Source of the DNA: Eledone cirrhosa
Lineage: Eukaryota
NCBI GenBank assembly: GCA_964016885.1
Contig: OZ024741.1
Span: 70,804,001 to 70,868,000 of the forward strand
Reading direction: 5' to 3'
DNA: 64,000 nt
Positions 42,501 to 56,212 of the stretch are shown in pieces. The first letter of the stretch is position 1. Every line of letters starts with the position of its first letter. Both the position numbers and the translations under genes were made by a program. The notes beneath the pieces are model-generated. The model worked only from the letters and a program-made list of their open reading frames with translations. It ran no database searches and was not told where the DNA came from.

Positions 42501-42646
42501 AACAGCAGTAACAACAGCAGTAACAACAACAGTTACAATAACAATAACAACAACACTAACAACAACAACAGTAACAACAGCAGTAACAATAACAACAACA
42601 GTTACAATAACAATAACAACAACAACAACAGTAACAACAACAACAC
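39538..42646. repeat. 3.1-kb (ACA)n-based satellite with GTA/CTA/AGA/ATA variants and higher-order periodicity
   Basis: Seen directly; intronic to the host gene. Confidence 0.97.
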
Positions 42647-42734
42647 TTGTCATTGTGGGTGAACACTGCACAATTCACCAATCATAACCAGACTGTGTTG
42701 ACAAAATAATCTCAAAACTTTTCCTTTTTCTTAC

Positions 42735-45065
42735 TGATGATGGTAGTGGTGGTGGTGGTGGTATGGTGATGATGGTAGTGAATATGGTGGTGGTGGTGGT
42801 GGTATGGTGATGATGGTAGTGAATATGGTGGTGGTGGTGGTGGTATGGTGATGATGGTAGTGAATATGGTGGTGGTGGTGGTGGTAGTGAATATGGTAGT
42901 GGTGGTGGTGGTGGTATGGTGATGATGGTAGTGAATATGGTGGTGGTGGTGGTGGTATGGTGATGATGGTAGTGAATATGGTGGTGGTGGTGGTGGTAGT
43001 GAATATGGTAGTGGTGGTGGTGGTGGTATGGTGATGATGGTAGTGAATATGGTGGTGGTGGTGGTGGTATGGTGATGATGGTAGTGAATATGGTGGTGGT
43101 GGTGGTGGTAGTGAATATGGTGGTGGTGGTGGTGGTAGTGAATATGGTGGTGGTGGTGGTGGTAGTGAATATGGTGGTGGTGGTGGTGGTAGTGAATATG
43201 GTGGTGGTGGTGGTGGTGGTGGTGGTAGTGAATATGGTGGTGGTGGTGGTGGTGGTATGGTGATGATGATGGTGGTGGTGGTATGGTGATGATGGTGGTG
43301 AATATGGTGGTGGTGGTGGTATGGTGATGATGGTAGTGAATATGGTGGTGGTGGTATGGTGATGATGGTAGTGAATATGGTGGTGGTGGTGGTGGTGGTA
43401 TGGTGATGATGGTAGTGAATATGGTGGTGGTGGTGGTGGTGGTATGGTGATGATGATGGTGGTGGTGGTGGTGGTATGGTGATGATGGTGGTGAATATGG
43501 TGGTGGTGGTGGTATGGTGATGATGGTAGTGAATATGGTGGTGGTGGTATGGTGATGATGGTAGTGAATATGGTGGTGGTGGTATGGTGATGATGGTAGT
43601 GAATATGGTGGTGGTGGTATGGTGATGATGGTAGTGAATATGGTGGTGGTGGTGGTGGTATGGTGATGATGGTAGTGAATGTGGTGGTGGTGGTGGTGGT
43701 GGTGGTATGGTGGTGGTGGTGGTGGTGGTAGTGTTGGTGGTGGTGGTAGTGTTGGTGGTGGTGGTAGTGGTGGTGGTGGTGGTATGGTGATGATGAATGT
43801 GGTGATGGTGGTGGTGATGATGATTATGAATGTGGTGGTGGTGGGGAAGATAATAAAATGGTGGCAGTGATGATGAATGTGGGATGGTGATGGTGAATGT
43901 GGTGGTGGTGAAAATTATAAGATAGTGGTGATGGTGATGACAATGAATATGATGGTGGTGGTGAGGATATGATGGTGGCAGTGGTGGTGATATGATGGTG
44001 GTGGTGGTGGCGATATGATGGTGGCAGTGGTGGTGATATGATGGTGGTGGTGGTGGCGATATGATGGTGGCAGTGGTGGTGATATGATGGTGGTGGTGGT
44101 GGTGATATGATGGTGACAGTGGTGGTGATATGATGGTGGTGGTGGTGAGGATATGATGGTGGCAGTGGTGGTGGTGGTGGCGATATGATGGTGGTAGTGG
44201 TGGTGATATGATGGTGGCAGTGGTGGTGATATGATGGTGACAGTGGTGGTGATGTGGTGGTGGTGAGGATATGATGGTGGCAGTGGTGGTGGTGATGGTG
44301 GTAGTGGTGGCGATATGATAGTGACAGTGGTGGTGATATGATGGTGGTGGCGATATGATGGTGGCGGTGGTGGCGATATGATGGTGGCAGTGGTGGCGAT
44401 ATGATGGTGGCGGTGGTGGCGATATGATGGTGGCGGTGGTGGCGGTGGTGGCGATATGATGGTGGCAGTGGTGGTGATATGATAGTGACAGTGGTGGTGA
44501 TATGATGGTGGCGGTGGTGGCGATATAATGGTGGCGGTGGTGGCGATATGATGGTGGCAGTGGTGGTGATATGATGGTGGTGGTGGTGGCAACATGATAG
44601 TGACAGTGGTGGTGATATGATGGTGGCGGTGGTGGCGATATGATGGTGGCGGTGGTGGCGATATGATGGTGGCAGTGGTGGTGGTGGTGGCAATATGATA
44701 GTGACAGTGGTGGTGATATGATGGTGGCGGTGGTGGCGATATGATGGTGGCGGTGGTGGCGATATGATGGTGGCAGTGGTGGTGATATGATGGTGGTGGT
44801 GGTGGTGATATGATGGTGGCGGTGGTGATATTGATGAACAATATGATGGTGGTCATAACAGTGATGATGAATGTGCTGATGGTGGTGGTGGAGATGATGA
44901 ATGTGGGATGGAGATAGTGAATGTGGTGATGATGATGATGATGATATTAGTAATAGTAGTAGTAAATGTAATGAATACAGTGATGCTAATGGGTGTGAAT
45001 GGGGTAATGATGCTGCTGCTGATGATGATGATGATGATGAGTGTGAATGTGATTGATGATGATGA
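42735..45065. repeat. (GGT)n/(GAT)n compound satellite
   Basis: Units such as ggtagtgaatatgg, ggtatggtgatgat and gatatgatggtggc. Confidence 0.96.
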
Positions 45066-45384
45066 ATATTGTGGAGCTGGTATTGTTTGAAAGTCTTAAA
45101 AAATATGGGAAGAAATTCTTAAGATTAAAATTTAGAAGAAAGAGAGGTGAATGACTTTCTGTAATGACATATTTACGTTTCACTTCAGAACCTAAAACAC
45201 AAATTTTACGCAGTTAATAAAAACAGCAAAATCTATGAAAATTGAAAATTAACCATTTCATGACCATAATTCTAATGAAATACAGTGTCCATGTGTTTTG
45301 ATTATTTTTTTTTTAAATAATCAGATAATTTTTTAAAAATAATCAGATATTTGAAGCAGAGAGTATGGGACAATCTGCATTCAA

Positions 45385-45745
45385 GTGAAACATTCTTGAT
45401 GAGCCCTGCATCTCCATAGCACTAAGAGTGGGAGCTGATATCTGTGGGGGTTCTGAGATGTCGCTGAAGTAGGTCTCTCGACTCCACAGGCCTCCATAGT
45501 TTGTCCTGCCACATGAATGCTGGTCACTTCACCCAGCGCACCAAGCTAAACCTGATCATTAAGCAGGCCCTAGCTCTGGTAAATATCCTCTCAGTTCTGG
45601 AGCCAGCTGTATTATCCAGAATTGATGGGAAGAGACTAGACAGTTTCATCTGGGATGCCACAGTCAGTGACTCTCTTGCTCCCTCCCACATCATGAATGC
45701 TGCAGTAAATGTGAGGGCCACTGCTTCCATGGTCAATAGAAGGGT
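45385..45745 (+). pseudogene. CRE-clade non-LTR retrotransposon, restriction-like endonuclease remnant
   Basis: IALRVGADIC..GLHSLSC..LNLIIKQAL..SVLEP..LSRIDGKRLD..WDATVSDSLAPS resembles the CRE Zn-knuckle/RLE pattern (EP.GL.R.DGKRPD..WD.T..D). Confidence 0.7.
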
Positions 45746-45840
45746 GAGGTTATATCTCTTGTTGTAGACCTACAGCACACTTTGGGGTACAGGTTTTGAC
45801 TGATTCATAAGTTAGAAGTAATGTATAAAAGTTGTTTTAC

Positions 45841-45921
45841 CTTTCGCTCTTCACATTTGATAGTTCTAAGAAGTTTTTGTATAGCATCAATCCAGCTGCT
45901 CATATCTGTTGGTGAATCTGC
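45841..45921 (-). CDS. PLEKHA1: PLEKHA1/2-like exon (ADSPTDMSSWIDAIQKLLRTIKCEERK), PH-domain C-terminal helix
   Basis: tttacag acceptor, gtaaaa donor, 81 bp; resembles TAPP ADSPEEMHSWIKAV. Confidence 0.92.
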
Positions 45922-46018
45922 CTGTAAATGGAAGCAGATGGAGAAGAGAAATCAATCAACATCACATGGAGATACCACAGATATTGTAGGAAAACAAAGT
46001 CAATTAAATCAACTCTTG

Positions 46019-46060
<42 letters not shown>

Positions 46061-46156
46061 TATTGGTGTTTAATGTATAGTTATGCACATATCATGAAAA
46101 TAAATATATTGATGTTATATTGATACTTCGTTCCTGCTCCTCATTATTATATATAT

Positions 46157-48515
46157 CAAGTGGTCAGGAGGGAAGCTAGGAGACAAGTGTACTTCGCAAG
46201 AAGGGAAACAGAGGAAAGAAAGTTTAAGCATGTTCTACAACACGAGGACTAAAAACGTGAGGTGTTCAAGATTGCTAGGCAATGTGTCAGGGAGAACCGT
46301 GATATTGTCGGGGAGAAGTGTGCACGTAATGATGATGGTGTACTTGCCATCACTGACGTTGATAAGAAGGTAGCTTGGAAGTGTCACTAAGAAAGGCTAC
46401 TAAATGAGGAGAATAAATGGGAGGAAGACAGTTTCCCCCACATCGATCCAATGGAGGGACCAGCAGTGCAAGTTGAAGGTAGTATAATAAGTAAGGCAAT
46501 CAAAGATATGAAGACGGGCAAGGCGGCTGGGCCTTCGAAAATAGTTGCTGAAATGCTGAAAGCATCTGGAACGGTGGGACACACTATGGTCACCCGGATA
46601 GTAAACCAAGTTATACAGAATGGAGTCGTACCAAAGGACTGGCATAGCAGCATCATCATTAACTGCTACAAGGGTAAAGGAGATGCCCTAGATAGGGGAA
46701 ACTATAGAGGCATTAAATTAATTGACCAGGTCATGAAGGACACAGAAAAAGAAATAGCGCAACTAATCAGAGAGCAAATTGATCTAGATGAAATGCAGTT
46801 CGCGTTTGTGTCAGTTAAAAGTACCACAGACACTCTTTTCATTGTACGATAACTACAGGAGAAGTACCTAGCTAAAAGTAAACCCCTCTACTTAGCTTTT
46901 GTAGACCTGGAGAAAGCCTTTGACAGAGTCCCCCGCTCCATTATCTGGTGGGCTCTTAGAAAACTAGGTGTAGATGAATGGCTTGTGAGAGCTATACAAG
47001 CCATGTATAAAGAAACAGTCAGCAAGGTTAGAATTAACAACGAATATAGTGAAGAGTTTAGCGTAAAAGTTGGTGTTCATCAGGGCTCAGTCCTTAGCCC
47101 CCTCCTATTTATTACCGCCCTCCAAGCTATAACGGAGGAGTTCAAGACAGGCTGCCCAAGGGAACCCCTATACGCAGATGATCTAACGCTCATAGCCGAA
47201 TCAATGGCTGAACTAGAGAAGAAATTCCAAACATGGAAGCATGGCCTAGAATCAAAAGGCCTTAAAGTTAACTTGTCTAAGACTAAAGTCCTATGTAGGA
47301 AGGAGAATAGGGCACTTGTCCCATCTGGGAAATGACCATGCTCAGTGTGTAGGAAAGGGGTAGGCAGAAACTCCATTTTATGTCCCAAATGCAAAGTATG
47401 GGTGCATAAAAGATGTAGTGGGATCACAGGTAAGCTAACTAAGAATATAGATTTTATATGTGGCTGGTGCTCTGGTGCAATAAGTAGCAGCAAATACCCA
47501 CAGAATACTAGCTCATTCCATTGCCCAGATGGTTCTATAGAAATAGTGGACACCTTCCGTTACCTGGGTGACAAAATCAGCAGGGGTGGAGGGTGCTCCG
47601 AAAGTATTATAGCTAGAGTCCGAACGGGATGGAAAAAGTTCAGAGAGCTTATACCACTATTGGCCGCTAAAGGTTTCTCTCTAAAAATAAAAGGCAGGCT
47701 GTATGATGCCTGCATACGAACAGCGATGTTACATGGCAGTGAGACATGGGCCTTGTGTGCAGAGGATCTACGCAGACTGGAGAGGAACGAAGCTTGCATG
47801 CTCCGTTGGATGTGAAATAGTAATATACATGAACGGCAAAGCATAAATGAACTAAGTGAGAAATTAGGAATAAGAGGGATCAGATGCTGTTTACTCGAGA
47901 GAAGACTACATTGGTATGGTCATGTGATGCGCATGAAAGACGACAGCTGTATAAAAAAGTGCAGGGCGATCAAAATAGACGGTAGCGACGGAGAAGGCAG
48001 ACCCAGAAAAACCTGGGACGACTTGATAAAATCCGACCTCACATATTTCCACCTCTCCAAGACAATGCCACTGGACCGAGATCTTTGGTGCTACACAGTA
48101 ATACAGAAGACCCGCCTTGCCTAAGTACAAAGCGAAACCTACAGTCAGTAGGCACCTCTTAACCAAAATACACCCCCGTCCCACTACCCCTACCGCCATC
48201 TACACCACCCCTTTCAATGTAAAGTTATGTTGGCACCACAACATCCAGTCCTAAATAAATGAGGTTGTGTAGGTGTCACGACAAAAAAAAACACACAGTC
48301 CACGCTGTAATGTGGCCGTGTAGGTAACACTGTAAAAACCTCCCAGTCCACACTGTAAACGTGGTTGGTGTTAGGAAGGGCATCCAGCCGTAGAAAACCC
48401 GCCAGACAGTCCTGAGCAAGACAACCAATCTTGCCTCAAGTGGGACAATTCCCGTCCAGACCGATGCTAGCGTGGAAGATGGACGTTAAATGATGATGAT
48501 GATGATGATGATGAT
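46157..48515 (+). mobile_element. RTE-clade LINE, 5'-truncated, decayed
   Basis: GKAAGP, NYRGIKL, FVDLEKAFDRVP, QGSVLSP, YADD, PHD insert; stops and frameshifts; (GAT)n tail. Confidence 0.94.
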
Positions 48516-48689
48516 AGGCGCCACGGTAAAAAAGCACCCAGTACTCACTGGACACTCAGACTGTATACAATTACTAAGTGTTTCATTAGGATTATAGTGC
48601 CTAGTGTCTAAGACTCCAGTTGACAAGTTCCATGCAGTGAAATGGAATGAAATGTACTTCTATCAATTTCTGCTATCAATGTTCCAGTT

Positions 48690-48890
48690 ATTCAATTAAT
48701 GGAACAGCCTGCTCATGAGATTAAGGTGCAAGTAGCTGAGCATTCCACAGACACATGTAGCCTTAATATAATTCTCAGGGAGATTCAATATGACACAGTG
48801 TATGACAAGGCTGGTCCATTGACGTACAAGTACAGTTCATCTGACAGGCTTCCAAACAGTTTCTGCCTATCCAATTTCACTTACACTATG
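48690..48890 (-). mobile_element. Decayed SINE-like interspersed repeat
   Basis: aatggaacagcctgctcatgagattaaggtgcaagtagctgagcattccacagacac... recalled as an abundant octopus repeat; its end matches the SINE at 26975-27125. Confidence 0.5.
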
Positions 48891-49338
48891 AGATCAAACC
48901 CAGGACCTAATTTAAATGAAGTGAAATTCTTAATTATTTGACCATACAGCATCCATAACAAAATATTATTAGCAGCTGCAACAGCTGCACAGAATCATTC
49001 AAAATTTGTGCAGATATGCAATGTTTTTCGTGACTAAGGAAACAAAAAGGAAAAAATATGAACAAGAAGAAATAAACATACATTTGTTGTTGTTATTTAG
49101 CCCTAGGTGATCCCTGATTCAATAGGACTGTGATCAAAGCCATGAACACATTTTCTTTTCTTTGGGCATAGTTTATCTAGGACCACATTATCTTATACGT
49201 TGTTCTTTTTCTTAATATAGTAAAGTGATGTTTGGGGCAGATTTTAGCAGATCAAATAACCTCAGAGAAGCTACTTTATTGGCTGAGGCCTGCTCATCAT
49301 TAAGAAATGCTTATATACATAGATTTCTGGCCACTTAC

Positions 49339-49402
49339 CTGGACATAAAAGGTTCTCTTTGAGGTAATTATTTCAAATAGGTTATCCCTATCAAGGTGTG
49401 TG
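49339..49402 (-). CDS. PLEKHA1: PLEKHA1/2-like exon (THLDRDNLFEIITSKRTFYVQ)
   Basis: tttcag acceptor, gtaagt donor, 64 bp, phase 2 to 0; resembles TAPP RDNLFEIVTTSRTFYVQ. Confidence 0.95.
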
Positions 49403-49444
49403 CTGAAACAAATTACAAAATAATATTTAATAATGTTCTTTTAA

Positions 49445-49640
49445 TTTAGTCAGACAGTCAGCAATTTTGAAGGTGGGGATTAGAATCTTATTAGATTGAC
49501 TCAATACGTGGCTTTATTTTACTGATTCCGGAAAGGCAAAATTGACCTCAGCCAGATTTGAACTCAAAATGTAAAGAGATGGAACAAATACTACTAAGCA
49601 CTTCTCCAATGCTGTAATGACTACACCAATCCAACACCTT
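49445..49640 (-). mobile_element. tRNA-derived SINE (Meta/MESC-like), decayed
   Basis: gaaaggcaaaattgacctcagccagatttgaactc matches the family. Confidence 0.65.
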
Positions 49641-50373
49641 TAATAATTATAACATCAATAATTAATAGGAATAATTCCTAACAGAAGGACAGACATTTAG
49701 TGGGGAAGAAACAGTCAATTAAATTGATTCCAGCACATGACTTGTACTTAATTTTATTGATCCTAGAAAGATAAGTTGAGACTAATGCCAACAATTTTGC
49801 AGAGTGTACTCAGTGCATTTTATCTTAGCACCAGCACTAGAAAAGTTGTCTTGTTTTTAACATGGCTAAAGACTCCTCATCCTTTTAGGGCATGGGTTCT
49901 ATGACTGGATACCCTTCTTTTGCCAACTTTTTTGCAGAGTATATTTATTTACAACACTGATATTCATATAGACTTAGCTGTGACATGACCAATGCACCAT
50001 ACATTCTCAATTACTTGTTAGTGCATACTTGTTTGAGTACACATATTAAAGAATAAAGAAAAGGAAAGGAGCCAATCCTCAGATTGGACCAAGGAAACAA
50101 AGTTTCAATTGATATTTCTATTACTATTACTATCTGCCAGTCATCAGATCAGACCAAGGAAACAAGGTTTCCATTAATCTTTCCATTGCTGATACTATTT
50201 GCCAGTCACAACTCCTGGCAGAAGTAGGCAGGGTTTGAACTCAGAATGCACAGATCCAGATTAAATACTGTAAATCCTCTTGTTGGATTCTTTAACAATT
50301 CCATGAATAAGAGAAAGACAAAAATGTATTTGAAAATCAATGGAGATGAGATATAAATGAGGAGCCTACTTAC

Positions 50374-50435
50374 GCAATTGACTTTTTAACTTCTAGTAGA
50401 TTATTTTTAGGTATTGTCCGTATTGGAGACAGAGA
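50374..50435 (-). CDS. PLEKHA1: PLEKHA1/2-like exon (SLSPIRTIPKNNLLEVKKSI+)
   Basis: ttttcttttccag acceptor, gtaagt donor, 62 bp, phase 0 to 2, complementing the next 64-bp exon; resembles EPLRVIPLKEV. Confidence 0.9.
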
Positions 50436-50829
50436 CTGGAAAAGAAAATGGTAGACATGAAACAGAGAGAGTGAAAAACAGAGAAGAGTGGGAGTTTCTG
50501 AAAGATATGGTAGCAGGAGAGAGTAAGGGAGATGAATGAGATAGAGTGTGACTGAAAGAAAAGGTAATAGAAGTGAGAGAGAGAAAGAGTAAAACAAATA
50601 AGAAAGAGAGTAAAAGAGACAGAGAGAGGAAAAAATAGTAGCAGAGGTGTGTGTGTGTGTGAGAGAGAGAGAGAGGAAGAGAGAGAGAGAAACAGACAAA
50701 TATAGAGGCAGAGTGACAGTCAGAAATAGAGAGTAAGGAGATATTTATGGAAGTATAACATCAGAAGTAATAAACATAACAAAATGACACATATGTGCAT
50801 GTATGTGTGTATATGTATACATGCATATA

Positions 50830-52380
50830 TCCCGCTCGATTATCTGGTGGGCCCTTAGAAAACTAGGTGTTGATGAATGGATTGTGAGAGCTATACAAGC
50901 CATGTATAAAGAAACAGTCAGCAAGATTAGAATTAACAACGAATACAGTAAGAGTTTAGCATAAAAGTTGGTGTTCATCAGGGCTCCGTCCTTAGCCCCC
51001 CTACTATTTATTATTGCCCTTCAGGCTATAACAGAGGAGTTCAAGACCGGCTGCCCATGGGAACTTCTATACGCAGATGATCTAACGCTCATAGCTGAAT
51101 CAATGGCTGAACTAGAGAAGAAATTCCAAACATGGAAGCATGGCCTAGAATCAAAAGGACTTGAAATTAACCTGTCTAAGATTAAAGTTCTAGTTTGTAG
51201 GAAGGAAAATAGTGCACTGGTCCCATCTGGGAAATGGCCATGCTCAGTGTGTAGGAAAGGAGTAGGCAGAAACTCCATTTTATGTCCCAAATGCAAAGTA
51301 TGGGTGCATAAAAGATGTAGTGGGATCACAGATAAGCTAACTAAGAATATAGATTTTATATGTGGCCGGTGCTCAGGTGCAATAAGTAGCAGCAAATGCC
51401 CACAGATGATTCTATAGAAATAGTGGATAGCTTCCGTTACCTGGGTGACAAAATCAGCAGTGGGGGAGGGTGCTCTGAAAGTACAGTAGCTAGAGTCAGA
51501 ACTGGATGGAAAAAGTTCCGAGAGCTTATACCACTATTGGCCACTAAAGGGTTCTCTCTAAAAATGAAAGGCAGGCTGTATGATGCCTGCATACGAACAG
51601 CAATGTTACATGGCAGTGATACCTGGGCCTTGTGTGCAGAGGATATACGCAGACTGAAAAGGAACGAAGCTTGCATGCTCCGTTGGATGTGAAATAGTAA
51701 TATACGTGAACGGCAAAGCATAAATTAACTATGGGAGAAATTAGGAATAAGAGGAATCAGATGTTGTTTACTCGAGAGAAGACTATGTTGGTATGGTCAT
51801 GTGATGCGCATGAAATACAACAGCTGTATAAAAAAGTGCAGGGCAATCAAAATAGATGGTAGCCACAGAGTAGGCAGACCCAGAAAAACCTGGGACTTGA
51901 TAAATTCCGACCTCACACACTTACACCTCTCCAAGACAATGTCACTGGACCGAGATCTTTGGCGCTACACAGTAATACAGAAGACCCACCTTGCCTAAGT
52001 ACAAAGCGAAACCTACAGTCAGTAGGCACCTCTAACAAAAATACACCCCCGTCCCACCACTCCCACCCCATCCACACCACCCCTTTCGATGAAAAGTTAT
52101 GTTGGTACCACAACATCCAGTCCGAAATAAATGAGGTCGTGTAGGTGTCACGGAAAAAAAAAAAAACACAGTCCACGCTGTAATGTGGCCGTGTAGGTAA
52201 CACGGTAAAAACCTCCCAGTCCACACTGTAAACGTGGTTGGTGATAGGAAGGGCATCCAGCCGTAGAAAACCTGCCAGACAGTCCTACACGAGCAAGACA
52301 ACCAATCTTGCCTCAAGTGGGAAAACTCCCGTCCAAACCCATGCAAACATGGAAGATGGACGTTAAACGATGATGATGAT
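50830..52380 (+). mobile_element. RTE-clade LINE, 5'-truncated, decayed
   Basis: Close paralog of 22224-23980 and 46157-48515; (GAT)n tail. Confidence 0.94.
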
Positions 52381-52386
52381 ATATGC

Positions 52387-52448
<62 letters not shown>

Positions 52449-52561
52449 AGAGAGAAAGAGAGTTGAAGGAGACAACAAACAAGTACAAAAAGTCTTATTA
52501 ATTTCACGCTTTATATTGGAAAGAGGAAAGAAAGTTCGTGTCAGACCTAATATATATAAAT

Positions 52562-52770
52562 ATATTTATTTTATTAAGGCTAAATAGTGAGTCTTGTTAC
52601 TCTGGAGTTTTGCCTGCTTCTCACAGAGTCATCAGACAAGAACCTCTGAGAAGCAGGCAAAACTCCAGAGTAACAAGACTCACTGTTTAGCCTTAATGAA
52701 ATGAATATTTAAACTCCACTTTGGTATTGAGTACTCTTTTTTCTCAGACGTCAACTACATATGGATACAT
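52562..52770. mobile_element. Fold-back hammerhead element, copy 2
   Basis: Paralog of 33129-33310 with the same junction tcatcagacaagaacct; minus-strand hammerhead 52592-52641 (AAAA for GAAA); GTATTGAGTACT at 52724. Confidence 0.85.
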
Positions 52771-53210
52771 ACTCACACACTTATTACCTAATTTTTTTTT
52801 TTGTTATTGTTGTGTACTGTAAATTTGCTTTTATTTCCATGCTTGCATGGGTCCTTTTTAGCATAGCATCTCTCTACCCATTATCCCACTACATCTCTTG
52901 TGTTCTCAAGATTTACATTGTGTACATTGTATAAAGCTTATGCCTACTCCTTTTCTACATATGGAGCAGGACCACTTCCCTTAAGGGATCAGGGTCTTAT
53001 CTTCTTTCCTACTCACTAGTGCTTTAGTTTTGGCTAAGTCTGCTCTCAGACATTTTGATTACAATTTTGTTTCCATAGGCAGAACTTATTTTCTAGTTCT
53101 TTTATGGATTTGGCTATAAGGAACAAATCATCTGCATAGAGAATTTGGGAGGGGGAGAAAAAACGTTTTTTCAGTTAGCTATTTTGGGAAAGTATATATA
53201 TATATATATA

Positions 53211-56200
53211 TCATCATCATCACTGTTTTACGTCCGTTCTTCCACGCTAGCATGGGTTAGACGGGTTGTCCTGTTGTGGGCAGTGTCTGGTCGGCTGACC
53301 ATGCCTTGCTCATACAGGAACTGATTTGGCTTGATTTCTACAGCTGGATGCCCTTCCTAACACCAACCTCATTTACAGTGAGTGCTGGGTGCTTTTTCGT
53401 GGCGCCTACACGTCCACTTTACAGTGTGGGCTGGGTGCTTTTTTGCCGTGGCACCTCCACGATCACCTTGCGGTGGGGGGGTATATTGTCTATATGCTTC
53501 AGCTTGAACCCATGGGAGGTCGGGTACTTTGTATTACTGCGTGACGCCAGAAGTCACGGTCGTGTGTCATTGTCTTTGAGAGGTGTAATTGGGTAAGGTC
53601 GGCTTTTATCACCTCATCCCAGGTCATCTTGGGTCTCCCCACTCCGCGGTTTCCATCAACTTCTAGTACTCTGCACCTTTTTATGCAGCTGTCATCCTTC
53701 ATACGCATCACATGTCCATACCAGCGCAACCGCCTCTCCTGCACACAGCATTTGATTCCTCTTATGCTCAGTCTCTCTCTCAATTCATTTATGCTTTGTC
53801 GTTCACGTATATTATTGTTACACATCCATCGGAGCATGCAGGCTTCGTTTCTCTCTAATCTACGTAAGTCTTCCACCTTCAGCGCCCAGGTCTCACTACC
53901 ATGCAACATCGCTGTTCGGATACACGCATCATACAGTCTGCCTTTCATTCTGAGGGAGAAGCCTTTTGCAGCTAGCAGTGGTAGTAGTTCCCTAAACTTC
54001 TTCCATCCCGTTCTTACCCTAGTTATTGCACTTTCTGAACACCCACCTCCGTTGCTAATTCGGTCACCTAGGTAGCAGAAGCTGTCTACTGTTTCTACAG
54101 GGCCCTCCCAGAGATTGGTGGTACTTGTTTCCTGTGGCTGTTTGCTGTTTGCTGTCTCAGCACAGCTGCTGCATGTGAATCCTACATTCTTAATTAAGCT
54201 TCCTGAGATCCCGCTACATCTCTTGTGTACCCATTGTTTGCATTTGGGGCAGAGAATGGAGTTCCTACCTACACCTTTCCTACATACTGAGCAAGGCCAT
54301 TTCCCTGAGGGGATCTGGGTTCTGTTTTCTCGTCTACTTACAAGGACCTTAGTCTTTGTCATGTTGACTTTGAGACCCTTTCTTTCTAGTCCCTGCTTCC
54401 AGGTTTGGAATTTATTCTCTAGTTCTACCATAGATTCAGCTATGAGTGCGAGGTCATCAGCATACAGGAGTTCCCATGGGCATCCGGTCTTAAACTCCTC
54501 CGTTATTGCCTGCAGGACTATGATGAACAGGAGAGGGCTAAGAACAGAGCCCTGGTGGACCCCAACCTGTACGCTAAATTCCTCGCTATACTCATTGCTA
54601 ATCCTAACTTTGCTGACTGCTCCCCTATACATGGCTTGTACCGCTTTCACAAGCCATTCATCTACTCCTAGTTTTCTAAGAGCCCACCAGATTACAGCAC
54701 GTGGAACTCTGTCAAAGGCTTTCTCAAGGTCGACAAATGCCAGGTAGATTGGCTTACTTTTAGCTAGGTACTTTTCCTGTAATTGCCTCACAAGGAAGAG
54801 GGCATCAGTGGTGCCTCTTCCTGGTACAAACCCAAATTGCATCTCGTCTATTTTCACCCGGTCCCTAATCAGCTGTGCTATAACTCTTTCTGTTACTTTC
54901 ATGACCTGGTCCATCAACTTTATACCTCTATAGTTTCCTCTATCTAGTGCATCGCCTTTACCTTTGTAGCAGTTGACAATGATGCTACTGCACCAATCTT
55001 TTGGTATGGCCCCTTCTAGTATTACCTGGTTAACGATACGTGTGGTTATAGTGTGACCTACAGACCCAGATGCCTTCAGCATCTCGGCAGCTATACCCGA
55101 TGGACCGGTTGCCTTCCCCATCTTCATATCTTTGATTGCCTTACTTACTACGCTGCCGCTGACTTGTACTGCTGGTCCCTCTATAGGGTCTACTTGGGGT
55201 AGGGTCTCTTCTTCCCATGCATTCTCCTCATTTAGTAATCTATCATAATGACTCTTCCATGCATCTTTCTTCTCAGCACTTGTGAGGGCAAGCTCACCTT
55301 TATCATTCCGGATACACTTCTCTCCAATGACATTACAACTATCTCTGACACACTGCCTCGCAATCTTGAATACCTCCCGTTTCTGGTCCTCACGTTGTAA
55401 AACATGCTTGAATTTTCTATCCTCTGCTTCCCTCCTAGCTAACTATACTTGTCGCCTAGCTTCCCTCTTGGTCTCTATGTAATGTACCCTGCTCCCCCCG
55501 TTCTTCCATTCTTTCCATGCCTGTCTCTTGGCCTTGACTGCTTCATCTACCTTATTGTTCCACCACCAAGTCACTCTCCTCCTGCTTGAGGTCTTACTCC
55601 AGCCACAGACCTCATCCGTCGCCTCTAGTAAATTATTTTTTAGGAACTCCCAGTTCTCTTCTACGTTAAATGTCTCTATCTGTTCTTCTTTACTGTCGTA
55701 GGCGTTGAGTAAAATATCTTTAAATCTGTTACTGGTTGAGGGGACTTTCAGCTTCCAGATCTTTCTTCTCCAGGTTGGCCTCTGTTTCCGGGTTCGTCTA
55801 GTTCTGACCGTGAGGTCGCTGACAACTAAGCTATGTTGGGATGTACATTCCTCACTAGGGAAGGCTTTTGTGTTTACGACCGTCCATCTGTCACGTCCTC
55901 TGATGAGGATAAAATCTAACTGACTAGAGTGCTCCCCTGATCTATAGGTGATCAGGTGGTTGTCGGGTTTTTTAAAGTTTGTGTTACATATCGACATGTC
56001 ATTGGCGTCGCAGAATTCTAGAAGTCTGCATCCTTCCTCATTCCTTGTGCCAACCTCATGGCCTCCATGTACTCTATTGAAGCCGTCGCAGTGTTTACCT
56101 ACGTGTCCGTTAAAATCTCCTGCGATGATTAGGAAGTCCTTGTCGTCTGTTAGAGCAGTAGTGTGTATTAGGGACTCGTAAAACCTATCCTTAAGTTCGT

Positions 56201-56212
56201 CTGGCAGCCCCG

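Noticed and set aside
39439-42687. 1082-aa Thr-rich mucin-like ORF and the antisense poly-Val/poly-Leu ORFs
   Set aside because: Pure triplet satellite using essentially one codon per residue; no signal peptide or flanking domain; lies in an intron.
43824-44856. His/Pro/Thr-rich ORFs
   Set aside because: Translations of the GGT/GAT satellite.
53629-54747. Plus-strand ORFs overlapping the RTE
   Set aside because: Antisense shadows of the RT frame; the same applies to ORFs opposite the other LINEs.
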